From Chiloscyllium plagiosum (lineage: Eukaryota), in contig NC_057736.1 in NCBI RefSeq assembly GCF_004010195.1, positions 929,452 through 993,451 of the forward strand: a stretch of DNA of 64,000 nt, written 5' to 3'. A model generated the notes under the pieces. It saw nothing but the letters and a program-made list of their open reading frames with translations. It made no database searches and was not told where the DNA came from. The position numbers were made by a program, and so were the translations under genes. Below, in pieces: positions 25,539 through 38,979 of the stretch (positions are counted from its first letter, which is position 1; every line of letters begins with the position of its first letter).

Positions 25539-25562
25539 TTTAGCCTTTACGCTGTGCAACAG
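25539..25562 (+). other. Candidate 24-nt micro-exon of the unknown gene (5'UTR or coding LAFTLCN)
   Basis: Acceptor ttttttcccttaacag| and perfect donor CAG|gtaagt 24 nt apart; phase 2-2 reading is open into 30423. Confidence 0.5.
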
Positions 25563-27339
25563 GTAAGTTTAACAAAAATGAAACAGAATAAGACATTTCT
25601 TTCCCTTGAGGGGTAAGAATATGCAATTTCGTATGGAGTTGTTGAAAGGAAAAGCATAAGAAGGAGATTGGAATAGAAGATTATGGTGATTGGGTAAGAT
25701 GGAGGAGCGTTGTGTTCTATATATTATGATTAGCATTGACCAATTGAAGTGAATGGTAGGTTTCTGTGCTATGCACTCAATTATCATGATAATATAGAAT
25801 GCAGACTTTTACTCCTTGAAATATCATCCACTAACACAAAAGCTCTGGGCTTGAGAGCAGAACAGTTAAAAATGAGCTGTGATACTTGAAAATGGCCACT
25901 AAAATCCTGCAAATAGATATACTCTCAAGAATGTACAAGAAATGTTTGATGGTTGGCACTGACGATTACATTCAGAAAAGGCTATCAAAGGGGATAGTCA
26001 CCTGGACATTAAGATTCATCAGTTGGAATATATAGCTCACAATGAAACCATCAAATGTCTCTGTGGGGGTGAAAGTTCTCCACTATTGGTGTCATTGGAA
26101 CAAAGACTTCAATCTAAAACCTGTTCTGCAAAGAAGAGTGAAACTTTCCTACTTTCAAAGGATACCAGGAGATCTCCAATAGTGGACCAGAAAAACTCTA
26201 GGAATTAATTGTTCCCACTACGGACCACTCACTCAACTCAACGGATCACTAAATCACCTTGAAGCCTCCTTGCATCCTTGTCACAACATTGCTCAAATTT
26301 GTGTTGTCAATAAATTTGGAAATGTTGCATTTGGTTCGCTCATCCAGGTGATTTATAAATCTTGAATAGCTGGGGCCCAAGCACTGATCCCTGAGGTACT
26401 CTACTAGTCACTGCCTCACTCAGAAAAATAACCATTTATTCCCACTCTCTATTTCCTGTCTGTCAACCAATTCGTGATCCATGACAGTATATTTTCTTCA
26501 TCCCATGTGCTTTAACTTTGCCCACTAACCTCTTATGAGGGATCTTATCAAAATGGAAGTTATTAAGTTATATTTTTGTTGCAAAGTATGGATCTTCAAA
26601 CAAAATAACTTGAAGTCTGAATTTTATTTTGGGTTTATTCAATGAAGCCATTAAAAACACTCAACAAAACAACAAATCATATTTGTAGAACCTTTAATGT
26701 AGTTACTGTCCTGAAGTGCTTCATAGGAATATTACAAACACGAATTGGCACCAAGCCTCCTAAAGAGGCAATAGGGCAGATAAATAAAAGCTTGGACAGA
26801 GACATGGGTTATAAGAAGCTTTTTTTCCAGAGGAAAGAGTGATCGAAATTTGAAGAACTTTAGGTAGAGATTTCCGGACTGTGGAACCCTGTCATTTGAA
26901 GTTACAAGTGACCCAGTGGTGAAGCAATTAAAATTGGGAATGGGCAAGAGCTCAGAATTGGAGGAGCACTGACATCTTGAAGTATTGCTCGAGCTGGAGG
27001 TGATTACAAGATAGGAAAGTAGAGATTATGGAGGGATTTGAAAACAAGGATAAAAATATAAAATTGATGTGTTTGCTTAACTGGAAGCCGATATAGGTCA
27101 AGGAGCACAGGGATGATGGATGATTAGCTTACCACAACAGAATCTTTCTCCCCTTGGACCTTACTCACCCTGAAATGCTTTACATCTTGGAAATGCTCCG
27201 AGCTACAAACATCACCTTATCACTAATGATCCACATTAAACAAGCACTGGGTCAAACAGGACTGCTCCTCTAATCCTGGTGATCAGGGTAGATTGACTAT
27301 AAAGTAACAATGCTCCACAAATTGCAGCAAAGATGTTTG

Positions 27340-28605
27340 AGTGGAATGTAACTCTGGCTTTTTAATTCATTACCATTGCACTAGAAAGATTCAGAAAGGC
27401 TGCATTTTGATTTTTGGAAGACATTTGATAAGGTAGCACATAACAGACTACTTATTATGATAAGAGCCCATGTGGTTGGAAGTAGTGTGTTAGCATGGAT
27501 AGAGGAATCGAGACTGTGGTGCTGGAAAAATACAGCAGGTCAGAAAGCATCCGAGGAGCAGGAGAATCAATATTTTGGGCATAAGCCTTCATCAGAAATG
27601 ACTAACATTTTCAGATGACAACATGGAACTAGTGGAGTGCCATGAAGATCAGTGCTGGGGCCATAATTATTTACACTTTACAGTAATGATTTGGTTGAGG
27701 AAAATGAATGCACCATTGTCAAGTTTATGAGTGATGCAACAATAGGAGGGAAGAGAAGTGGTGAGAATGGCAAAGAGTTTGCAGAGAGATAGAGGCAGTT
27801 TAAGTGAGTACACAAGAACTAGGTAGGTGGAATATAATGTGAAGAAATGTGAAATTATATATTTGGCAAGAAAAATCAAGGAGCTGAATAATATTTAAAT
27901 GGAAAAAGACAGTGGAGGACATAAGAACAGAGAAATTTGGGAAATCACTACAAGCTAGCATACATGTTCAGCTGGTATAGGGCTGGCAAATGGAGTGCGG
28001 GCATCTATTTCAAAGGAATTGGAATCTAAAAACAGGAAAGTTTTGCTAGAACTGTACAAGGCACTAACCATACCACAGCTGGAATACGAAGGAGTCTAAA
28101 CCTATGAAAGACTGATATTGGAGGCAGTCCAGAGAAACCTCTGGTATGGAGGGACTGCCTTATGAAGAGAGATTGAGTAGGTTGGGTCTATATTTGTTTA
28201 AATTTAGAAGAATGAGAAGTGACATTAATGAAACATATAAAATTCTAAAGGAGCTTGACAGGGTAGATAGGGAGAGGTTGTTTCCCCTTGTGGGAGAGTC
28301 TAGGTCCAGAGGGCATCATCTCAATAACAGTTACACATTTAAGACAGAGTTGAAGAGGAATTTGTTCTGTTCGATGCTAGTGAACCTTAGAATTCTTTAC
28401 CACAGAGGCTTGTCAAGGTTGGGTCACTAAGTATATTCAAGGCTGAGATAGACAGATTTTTAACCAGTATGGGAATCATGGGTTATGGAGAAAAGGCAGG
28501 AAAGTGGAGTTAAGGATCATCAGATCAGCCATGATCTCATTGGATGGTGGATCAGATTCGATGGGCTGAATGGCCTGCTTCTACATCTCTGACGTATGGT
28601 CTGTA
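27340..28605 (+). mobile_element. Degenerate CR1 RT/3' region with a nested PLE fragment (~27510-27597, minus)
   Basis: DF.KTFDKVAH, GVP.RSVLGP, MEGLPYEERLSRLGLY remnants. Confidence 0.7.
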
Positions 28606-29254
28606 TTACAAATATACTTAGTCTTCTTGTTAAGGTGCCCTAATTTCTGGCAAGGAAGCGATTTTATTCTTCATAATTGAGATGCTGAATATGTAATAGA
28701 TTCAAAGTTGAGCAAATTAAGTAATTTCCACTTCTATCTGTAAATTACACCAACAAAATATTTTTTGAGAAGAACATTTTAATAGTTAAAAGGCTAAATT
28801 TGAGTGGGAATTAACCTCATCCCTAGCTCTTGATATTGTACTGATGATCTGGAGCATGTGTCTTTAGCTCCTCTGGTACTCCATCCAACTGGCTATTATA
28901 ATGGGAGAGTCTTAACCAATTGCTGAATCATAGCAAGCATGACAATCTCATCCCATTCTGTCCTCACCCCATATACAAACGTATGCACAGAATGATTTAC
29001 TAGATAACCGTTACGATTAAGAATTTATCTCTCACCTGCCTATTGGTACCACAATGAATATTGTTGAATTTATAAAAAGATTTATTATGAGCTTGACCCA
29101 TTGTTTATCTCTCTCACCCAATAATATTGTATTTGCAAATCTTGATAGACCGTACATCTGGTGAAATCTACATTGATGGAGTAATTATGCAACAAAGTGA
29201 TGTTGTTACAGTGAAATTGAAATGAACAGTATTACACTTAAACGTTTCTCAGCT

Positions 29255-30040
29255 CCACAGACACTGAAGCAGTCCGTGTCCAAATGCAACAAGACCTCGA
29301 CAATATTCAGGCTTGGGCTGACAAGTACCTCATAACATTTGCAACACACAAATGCCAGTCAATTACCATCTTCAATAAGGGACAGTCTAACCACTGCCCT
29401 TGTGATTCAATGAGGATATTACAACACTGAATTCCTTACTATGAACTTCCTGGGGGTTATACTTGACCAGAAACTCAGCTGGACTCACCATATAAATACA
29501 ACATCAGATCAGAGGCTGGGATATTGCAACAAGTAACTCACCTCCTGGCTCGTTAAAGCTTGTCCACCATCTACAAGGCTCAAATCAGAGTTGTGATGGA
29601 ATACTCCCCACTTGCCTAGATGGGTGCAGCTCCACTCATTCAGGACAAAGTAGCCTGCTTGATTGAACACGTCCACAAACATTCACTCCCTACAGTACCA
29701 ATGCTCAGTACCAGGTCTGTACACAGAAATTCATCAAGGCTCTTTAGACAGAACCTTCCAAACCCACAACCACTATGAGAATAGGAAGGGCAGATACATG
29801 GGAACATTACCACCTGCAAGTTCTTCTCCAAGCCACTCACCATCCTGATTCGGAAATATATTGTTCCTTTTGTGTCGATGGGTCAAAATCTTGGCAATCC
29901 CTCCCTAAGGGCATTGTGATCCTACCAATAGCACATGGAATGCAGTGGTTCAAGGCAGCTCACCCCCACTTTCTTAAGGGCAAATAGGCATGGGCGATAA
30001 ATGTTGGCCCAGCCAGTGACACCCACATTCCATGACAGAA
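29255..30040 (+). mobile_element. LINE RT C-terminus/3' end (family shared with 60575-61420)
   Basis: QQDLDNIQAWADK...DQKLSWTHHINT...IYKAQIR..MEYSPLA. Confidence 0.7.
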
Positions 30041-30093
30041 CATTTTTTCGCAGTATAGAGTATGTGTATAATGTTACATTATATATTATTCAG

Positions 30094-30280
30094 GAGTTAG
30101 TTAGCTCAGTTGGCTTACAGCTGGTTTGTACTGCAGATTGACACCAACATTGAGGGTTCAATTCCCTTATCAGCTGAGGTTACCTTGAAGATTTTCCTTG
30201 CCACTTGCCTGAAGTGTGATGACCCTCAGGTTAAACTCACCATCAGTTGCCTCTCTCTAATGAGAGACTAGCATCATGGT
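30094..30280 (+). mobile_element. tRNA-derived SINE (copies at ~36965-37146 - and ~21100-21245 -)
   Basis: ttagctcagttgg A-box, gggttcaattcc B-box; tail ctctctctaatgagag. Confidence 0.6.
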
Positions 30281-30435
30281 GACCTTATTTACATTATGTA
30301 AGGAAATTGGTGGGCTTATAAGGCTAGAAAAGATTTCAAATTACACTGTAGATGTTGGTAGTCAGGCTGAAGCAATATTAATGTAAGATTCACAGCTTCA
30401 GTAAATTATTCCTTCTCTACAGATTTTTTAGAAGT

Positions 30436-30585
30436 ATGACTGAGGTTTTGGGGGAGTCTGAGCCACAAACTGAGTCAGTGACATTAAATTCAGAAACTAA
30501 AGCACTTGCCGAGGATGGTGAAGCACCATCGGTACGTACAAAAGTGAAGAAAGATATTGAACAGAATAAAAAATATACATGTGAG
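30436..30585 (+). CDS. Unknown gene X, coding exon A (MTEVLGESEPQTESVT...KKYTCE); exon starts at 30423
   Basis: Acceptor ccttctctacag|, donor GAG|gtaaga; stop-free; phase 0. Confidence 0.7.
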
Positions 30586-30965
30586 GTAAGAGGTAGAAAA
30601 ATATTTTAATAAAGCAGATGTTTCAGTCTTCTCATTGTAAGAATAATCTTGAACATTTGTGCATGATATTAGATCTTATGCAAGAATCAGTACAGCCTGA
30701 GGTAGTTCTAACTGACTAATATAAATAATTCACTATTCTATCCTAGTTTCTGTTTTGGCTTCCAGACTTATCACTGACTAATGTTTCTATTCTCCCCCTT
30801 TGCTTATATAACTATACTTAATCTACAATAATTCAGGAAATTCGCAGCAGCCATAAATAGTATTTAGAAACAGTATTTAATATGCCTCAAAACAAGTAAT
30901 TAGCTTCAATGGCAATTAATTAAGTAATCACTTGCAGAAGATTTTACACTTCTTTCCAAAACATT

Positions 30966-33120
30966 GGGTAGAATTTTCCCCAGCCTCTGAATGACGTGGG
31001 CCATGATGTGAAAATTGGGAGGATCACCTGAGTTAGCCAATCAGGAACAAAAAGGTCAATTTTCCAACCGAGTATGAACAGTGACACAAGATTGTCACGG
31101 GGGAACGGTGAGAAGACTATTTACATATATTAACATATATTAACATCTCATTTGGATGCTATTTCTCTTCATTAATAAACAGTTTTCTATGAACTTATAA
31201 TCACACACGAGGACATATTTACAATGAAGCTCGTCTGTCCAAGCCCTCAGCTTTCTCTGTCCCTCCCAGAGCGTTTTGGTATACTTGAGGTGGAGGGAGC
31301 CTGCTCCACCATGGAGCCCACTGACCTTGGAATTTTGGTCCGGGGGTGTTTGCGGTTAGGGGGCCCAGGCATAGTGCACAGGCAGCCTGGAAATGGAACC
31401 CCAGTGCAGTGTCCTGAGAGGAGACACCCTGTATATGCGTCCTCCTGGTCCCAGCCTGTCTCCCTGTGAGATACCTACAGAATTGCCTTGATGGAGCAAG
31501 TCCACATGTAAATCCAGCAGATCCTGAGGGGGCTGCACCTAACTGTCCAAGGCAGCCCCCAACCTGTCCATAGAAGCACTCTTTGCATCAAAGACAGCTT
31601 GATGCAAACTGCATTGGTGGCGCCCTCAAAACTTCAAGTCAGCTTTCCCCCACCTGCTTCTCCTGTGGGTGTCTGCTTTTGTATTTCAATAAAATCCCTG
31701 ATTGCCCACACCACGGGCTCCTCTCCTGCCTGGGCCAGCCCTCCAAGCCTGGGCTGGTTCTTCCTCAGCCAGCTGCAGAGACTTGCCAGTGATGTGCTCC
31801 TGAGTCTAACTGAGCTGAAGTGGGGGAGCAGGGTGCAGGAGGCAGCTGTACCTCTCAGGGATCTGCAGTTCATCCCTCTGAGGTGGAGGAGGGGGTATGG
31901 GGGGAGTGATAGTCTCTGGGCTCCGAGGTCTGTGCAGGTACTTGCAGGAGATGAAAGAGAGAATGTATCACAAACGGGGTAGACCTTCAGGCAGGTTAGA
32001 GTGCACTCACAGGAGCAACGATGGCAGAGTAACGCATCAATGAACAGTGGTTCTTTTTTGTTGTTGGGACATGACAGTTTCAGCATCACTGAACAGTCAT
32101 TGGCCAGGGCCAGGATTTTCTCTCTGTAGGGAATGAGGAGGCGAATGTTTGAGGATCTCTCCCAACTGTAGGCCAATTTCTCTTGGAATGAGAGAAAGAT
32201 TTGTTTAAACAGAGGTGGCTGGCACAGGTATTAATAATGGAACTGCGTGTGTGCGTGCGTGCGTGTGTGTTTGTGCGTGTTTGTTTGTTTGTTGTGGGGG
32301 GGGGGGGTGGAATTGGTGGTGAGCTGTCCCAAGTGAGTGAATAGGGGGTACAGGGCTCGATGGTTGGGGAGTAGGGTAGGATTGAGTGAATGAGTGAGCG
32401 AAGATGCTGCAGGTAATACAGAGGTACACTGTTAGCCTTGGTAGGGGTGTGTGCACTGATGGAGATAGAGTGAGTGTGAGGTATCACAGTGAGAGGATGG
32501 TGTTACTGAAAGAGTGGAGAAGATCATTGATCTTGTTCTGGCATTGCTGGATATTCTTCAAGACTGTAGGTAGGTACTTCACTACCGAAGTGGTAACCTT
32601 GGACCAGGCTGGCAGCATCACCTCTGCCCATCCTGGAGGAAGTGGACAGCCATCATCCTGTGACTCTCCATCTACCAGCACCTCCAGGTTCCTGTCGGCA
32701 AAGCAGATTGTCAATTCTCTCCTGCCCAGTATGTCCAGGACAATTGTCAGGAATTGTCTTGGTCCGTGCTGCATAGAACATAGAACATTATAGCACAGAA
32801 CCAATCTGATGCTCATCTATCCTATATTATTCCATTATCATCCATATGTTTATCCAATGACCATTTAAATGCCCTTAAAGTTGGCGAGTCTATTAATGTT
32901 GCAGGCAGTGCATTCCATGCCCCTACTTCTCTCTGAGTAAGTGCAGTTTAAAGATAGCACCAAGGGATCCTGGCAATGGTGAGTGGATAAGTGGGGTACA
33001 ACAGGGACATGGGGCACAGGCAGCAAGGTGAGCCTGGGAGGATAATGTGAAAAATTTCATGAGGCCTCATAGAGAGAAACCTTTCAGAAAACTCAGGCTG
33101 ATTTCCAGTAAAGTTCATTC
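30966..33120. mobile_element. Degenerate PIF/Harbinger-type DNA transposon with Myb/SANT-like remnant; related shorter copy at ~48640-49352
   Basis: ORF 32484..32816(-) FADRNLEVLVDG...AWSKV...QQCQNKINDLL resembles Harbinger/NAIF1-type Myb domains; both copies share ttaacatatattaacat and terminal gtaaagtt(c/t)a; CR1 tail nested at ~32775-32940. Confidence 0.5.
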
Positions 33121-33293
33121 ATAGTTTTCATGCATATCTGTTAACCCACAAACAGTGCTTTCAGAGTTGTTCAAAGAACTTCACAATATGACATCAAGAA
33201 AACAGAGTATCATTTTTCTGAAGACAAAGGGCCAGGTGGAGGAGGGGGTATGGGCCAGCATACTAAACTCAAATGGAATATTTACACCTCAGC

Positions 33294-34132
33294 ATTTGAT
33301 TTGATTTAATTTGATTTGATTTATTATTGTCACGTGTACTGAGATATAGTGAAAAATATTGTCTTGCATTCTAACCAGACAAATCAAACCTTCCATTCTA
33401 CATCAGGGTAATAGAACAGAATGCAGAATATAGTCTCACAGCTACAGAGAAGGGGCAGAGAAAGATCAATTTTAATATATGAGATGTCCGTTCATAAGTC
33501 TGATAACAGCAGGGAAGAAGCTGTTCTTAAGTGTATTCAAACTTTTGTGACTTCTCCCTGATGGAAGAGGGCTCAGGAGTATAACCGGGATGAGAGGGCT
33601 CTTTGATTATGTTGGCTGCTTTCCGAGGCAGCAGGAAGTGGAGACGGAGTCAAAAGATGGAAGGCTGGTATGTGTGATGGACTGGGCTGTGTTCATGACT
33701 CTCCGTAATTTCTTGCAGTCTTGGGCAGAGCAGTTGCCATACCAAGATGTGAAACACCTGGAAAGGATGCTTTCTAAGGTGCATGTATAAAGATTGACAA
33801 GAGTCACTGTGGACATGCTAAATTTCCTTAACCTCCTGAGGAAGTAGAGGCGTTGGTGTGCTTTCTTGACCATAGCATCGATGTGAATGAACCAGGACAG
33901 ATTGTTGATGATATTTACTGATAGGAACTTGATGCTCTTGACCACCTCCACCTCAGCCGCATTGTTACAGACAGGGGTGTGCGCTCCACTCCGCTTCCTG
34001 AAGTCAATGACCAGCTCCTACATTTCGCTGACATTGAAGGAGAGATTGTTGTCTTTACAACATGCGAGTGACCTGTCTGTCTCTTTCCTGTACTCTGTCT
34101 CGTTGATGTTTGAGATTCGAGCCACCACAATG
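33294..34132 (-). mobile_element. Rex1/Babar-type LINE 3' part
   Basis: ORF 33607..33951 KKAHQRLYFLRRLRKF...ESILSRCFTSWYGNC; (atttg)n tail. Confidence 0.85.
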
Positions 34133-34758
34133 GCGGAATCAGCAGATTGTGAAATGGTGAAATGTGGCAAGTTCTGCTGTTTTATATGTTCATTCTACTT
34201 GTCATTTCAAATGGACTGCCAGGATTTCAACAGGGCAAGACAAGTGGTCAGTTGGGAAAGAGTAGGTAAGTGGTAATGTCATTAGACCAATCTTTAAGAG
34301 TCCAGGCTAATACTCTGAGAGCCAGAGTTCAAATCCCACCAACCTGGAATATATACCATGATTCTCAAAAATCATGGTAAATGGATTGTTTGTAAGAATC
34401 CAAATGATTTGCCAATACTCTTAATGGAAGGGATCCTGCCACCTTTAACTGGTCTGACCTACACGTGACTCCAGACCCACAGCAATGTGGCTGACCCTTA
34501 ATGACCTTCTGAAATGCTTAGCAATCTCTCAGTTCAAAGGTAAATGGAGCTAGGAAAGAAACACCCACCTTGCTAGATGTTCTATAACCTAGGAACAGAT
34601 AATGAGAAAAGAAAATTAGCTTGACCACTTTTGACATTCATTAAATCAGACAATACTTTGGTCATTTTCACTGTTTAGTTTGCTTGTATCTAAGCTGTAC
34701 TTTTCTATATAAATATATGTCACAGCATCACCAAAACACCTGCCATCTCTTTCCACAG

Positions 34759-34844
34759 AAATGCGCTGAATGCGGAAATGGTCAGCACTTAAAGAGAAAT
34801 TACCAGGGAAACGGTGAACAAACTCCAGCAATTAAGTCCTGCAG
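34759..34844 (+). CDS. Unknown gene X, exon B (KCAECGNGQHLKRNYQGNGEQTPAIKSC)
   Basis: Acceptor ctctttccacag|, donor CAG|gtattt; phase 0 to 2. Confidence 0.7.
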
Positions 34845-35559
34845 GTATTTTATGAATGAGATGAGAAGCAGCAGGAAGGTGTTTGTAAGGATAGGGTCAT
34901 ATTTACCTAAGTTATCGAATTTCACATTATTGTAAATAACAGCTACTTGTTTTAAGAAACTTCTGAAATTCACTTCTTTCTTCGCAATCTTTTATAAAAT
35001 TGAAGTTTATCTATCAGTGTTCCAAAATACTAAAATGAAAAATAATATAGTAGCTCAGCGTTCACATTTTCTTCTGCATGAAAATGCACTTTGCAGCTAA
35101 GGTCAGTCAGACCCAATTAGTGACACAATATTGTTCACTGGGGCTTGGAATCAATGCATTGTATTCAGAGGTGGCTTGTCTTCTCTGATAGCTGCAAGAG
35201 ACCAAAGTAGAAATCATTTGGAAAATCTTAAGCTACTGGAGATAGACCTATGTTGTTAAACATTCCATAATTTGGCGTAGGTTGTCAAATTGGATATTTC
35301 TGTCTGAAAACTGCTTCCATAAGAATGGAAAGTGTAAAAGTAAAAGTGATCTTCAGTGATCAGAGTTCTGACACATTATTGGGTTCTTTAGATCCTTAGT
35401 GATCAGTTCTCGTTATTTCTCAGTGCTATGATTAGTCTGTGGGAGTGATGTAACTGCCTTTAGTCTCTGGTAGACAGTTATCACTTGTCTGAAATAGCCC
35501 TGTGGTTGTAGCAAAGAATGGTGTAACAACAGCAAATTCCTCTAAAATGTACAGCCTCA

Positions 35560-36130
35560 CACGTTGTGCAGCACCTAGTTGGAAAGGCAAATGGTACACT
35601 CACCTTCATTAGAAGAGAGGTTAAAGATGGAGCAATTAGGTTTTACTGCAGTTGTCAGAGACATCCCACCTGGAGTTTTGTCTACTTAACTCAGAAATGT
35701 ATACTTGTGATAAAGGGAGTGCAGAGAAGGTTTACCAGACTGATTCCTGAGATTTAGAATTTAAAATTCTGGAATCTTAGACTCATAGGACAGATGAAGG
35801 ACATTCGGCCTCAGGTGTCTGTACCAGCTCCTGAAAGAGCAACGCAGCTACTCCCATTCTCCAGCCATATCTCCGTATTCCTCTAACTTCATCCCTTTCA
35901 AATATATATCCAGCTCGTTCTGAAACCTCCTCTGGAATCTGCCTCCACCACTCTCCCAGGCAGCATATTCCAAATCCTGACAACTCGCTGAGTAAAGAAG
36001 CTTCTCCTCATCTCACTCCTAGCTCTCTTGCTGACAACCTTGAAATTGTGACCCTAGTTACTGATGTACCAACCAGTGGAAACAGAATATCCTTCTTTAT
36101 CCTGTCAACATTGTTCATTACACCTCAATG
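35560..36130. mobile_element. Two tail-to-tail CR1 3' fragments
   Basis: VQRRFTRLIP (+) and cataggacagatgaaggacattcggcc (-). Confidence 0.55.
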
Positions 36131-36638
36131 AGGTCATCACTAAACATGGCTTACTCCTGTTCCTAGTTCCGATCTATGAAAAATAATAAAAACACATTAA
36201 CTGGGAAAGGAGGCTTGAAAATTGTCTTACCTTAAAAAAAAGACAACTTTATGCATTCTCTTGATTTCTCTGTTTCTGAGTCAGCTCTCAAAAGTTTGCT
36301 GCATTTCGACTGATTGTCTGTGTCAAATATAAAGAAACAACAAAAAATTACCAATGAGCTGGTGGAGAACACATCAATCAATAAGTAACAAGCAGGAATG
36401 AATCCATTATGAATGACAGTTAAAAAGTTATGATTTAAACTTTCTATCAGTGAGATTTATCAATAAAGTTGATTCAAGTTGATCAACATATTTTTTAAAA
36501 CCTTCTCAGACTTTTCTTAACTTCTTCACTAAACTAAATATGAGAAATATAACTATAATAAAGACATGGAGAATTTAAGGGAAGTTGTTAAGCTTTCCTG
36601 TAAAGAATATTTTCTTTGAGGAGCTCTGTATCTTTCAG

Positions 36639-36805
36639 AAACCTTTATGTTCTCAGACACCCCGAGGCCTTCACTCAGCTGGAAGAACATGTAAAACTTC
36701 CAGGAAGGATTGAATCTGTGCATCCATTTGGGAGAAATGTTTTGCCTTTTGATCATAATACTTGCCTGCAGACAAATCAAAGTCAGCAAACGATAAGCTG
36801 TTACA
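36639..36805 (+). CDS. Unknown gene X, exon C (RNLYVLRHPEAFTQLEEHVKLPGRIESVHPFG...TISCY)
   Basis: Acceptor tgtatctttcag|, donor ACA|gtaatt; phase 2 to 1. Confidence 0.65.
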
Positions 36806-38668
36806 GTAATTATGTCTATTTTCATAACTTAATCTTTTTGAGGTATATTTTAACAATTTATTTGAGTTTTTTTATTGCTTAAAAAGAAGGGGAGAAACTT
36901 AAATATTTTTCATCAATAATTCCAAGGTAAAAATAAAGAATTCATGGGCCATCGTCCAGCTCTTGCATTAGAGAGAGATGATTGGTGGTGGGTTCACTTG
37001 AGAATCACCATGCCTCAGATGAGGGGCGAGGTTGAGAAGGAGAGTCCTTTATGGTAATCTCAGCCAGTGCAGGAATTGAACCCATACTATTGGCATCACT
37101 CTGTATTACAAACCAGGCATCCAGCAACCTGAACTAACTGACCCCCAAATTGGGGGAATTTGATATTCAGTCACTGAACCAGTGATCCTGATGATGCACT
37201 GTGCATTGTATGGTATCCTGTAATGCCCTTGCCAGTGCAAAACTACAGCTCTCTCTTACACATGACCAACTTTATGCAAACAATTTAGTATAAAACTATA
37301 ATATATAATGTATGCATACTACTGACAAATAAACATTAACATAGTGGAATTTAAATTTTTAATGATTCAATTAACATAATTAATATATGTTTATAAATAA
37401 AGTGATGGTTCAAGTCATTTTTAAATTTTACCAGTGAGGATCGACTCGTAGAAAAGAGAGGTAGCCCAACAAATGGAAGGAAAAGTTCTCAGAAGACCAT
37501 GAACTACGATGATGGTAGGTCTATGTTCAAGATCCTGAGAAATGATCAGATTCAGTGTCAACACTAAATTACAAATACTGACATAGAGCTCACAATATTG
37601 AATGGGCCCCATGTTCAGGAGGCAGCAAACAGCAACAGCTCTTAAATGCAGCACGTACCATGTGAGTATTGTCTTGGCCAACTGAAGACATAGCTGGAAC
37701 AGCATCTCCTTCAGATGCTCCTTGCAAGCTGCTCACATTGGAAAGGCAGCAAAGGTTGATTGTTCTCAATGAGATGTCAATTTACTTTCAGATCCAGGTT
37801 TCTTGACTAACCAAGTAAATACAATGTTCACCAGCAGAAGGACCTGGAAATAGGTTTGTCAGAAACTTTAGCACTCGTTACAAGGTATTACACTTACTGT
37901 TCCATTTCACTTTTGAACATACTAACTGTTGGTCCTCAGAAAGGACTTCTTCTGAAGCATTGAATGAATTCCCATATCATTGTGAAGCTCTTTATTCCCA
38001 GTATTTAAAATGTATTTCGTGCATGTTTGGAAAGATGAACCTGCAAAGCATGTTTCATTTCTTATTAACACATAATGCACAGTACAAAGTCACTGGTTTA
38101 TTCCCATTTGACCATGTGCTGCGAGATCTCATTCCTTCTGTTTGCAGTATAAAGCTAGTCAAAACAAAAGAGAGCAGACTTGAATCAGAGGAGGACTTTT
38201 ACTGCTTAAACTCCTCATATGGTCCAATTACGCTTCATCGGATAGAGAGGATGTGGGCCATTGAAGCTGGAGGACTGAAATATCAGGAAAGTGCTGTTCT
38301 TTTCACATGACCCTGTCTCGCCCTCCTCCCACACTCACTTTCCCATTCACACAAATATTTCAGAATCCAATATTGACCAAGCCACCACTCTAACACATTA
38401 TTCTTTTTTTGTTCTGTAGGTTTATGGAGAAAAAGGCAGCCTGAAGCTAGCACCCCCACAACACTCAGTGTCACTAAGTCCATCCATAGCAGCTCAGTTA
38501 CATGCACCAGCCTCACCTGGTAAAGTGCAGGGTGTTGAGGTGGATACTTTCCACCAATCCCTGTGAAACAACTTACAATGTTCCACATGTGGGAGTTCTG
38601 TAAAATTCACCATAGCAAGAACAAGGAGAACCAAAATAAATTTCTTCCGTTTCGATAATTGTTACAGA

Positions 38669-38979
38669 TGCTGCCTGAACTGCTGTGCTCTTCCAGCACC
38701 ATTGATCCAGAATCTGGTTTTCAGCATCTGCAGTCATTGTTTTTACTAGTTGATTTTAACCCTACTGCGAATCCTCTTGCAAGGATGCCTGCCTTGAAGA
38801 AGTTTTCCTCCTCTCTCTACAAGCCACGCTTCAGGCTCTCTGCCTTTATTCCTGATGAAGGGCTTTTGCCCGAAACGTCGATTTTGCTGAAGCTCCTCGA
38901 TGCTGCCTGAACTGCTGTGCTCTTCCAGCACCATTGATCCAGAATCTGGTTTCCAGCATCTGCAGTCATTGTTTTTACC
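38669..38979 (+). mobile_element. PLE-derived element: 232-bp unit plus ~80-bp terminal direct repeat, intact hammerhead at 38852-38879, 13-bp TSD TAATTGTTACAGA
   Basis: 38667-38746 repeated at 38899-38978 (1 mismatch); CTGATGA-AGGGC-TTTT-GCCC-GAAACGTC; TSD 38656-38668 and 38980-38992. Confidence 0.85.
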
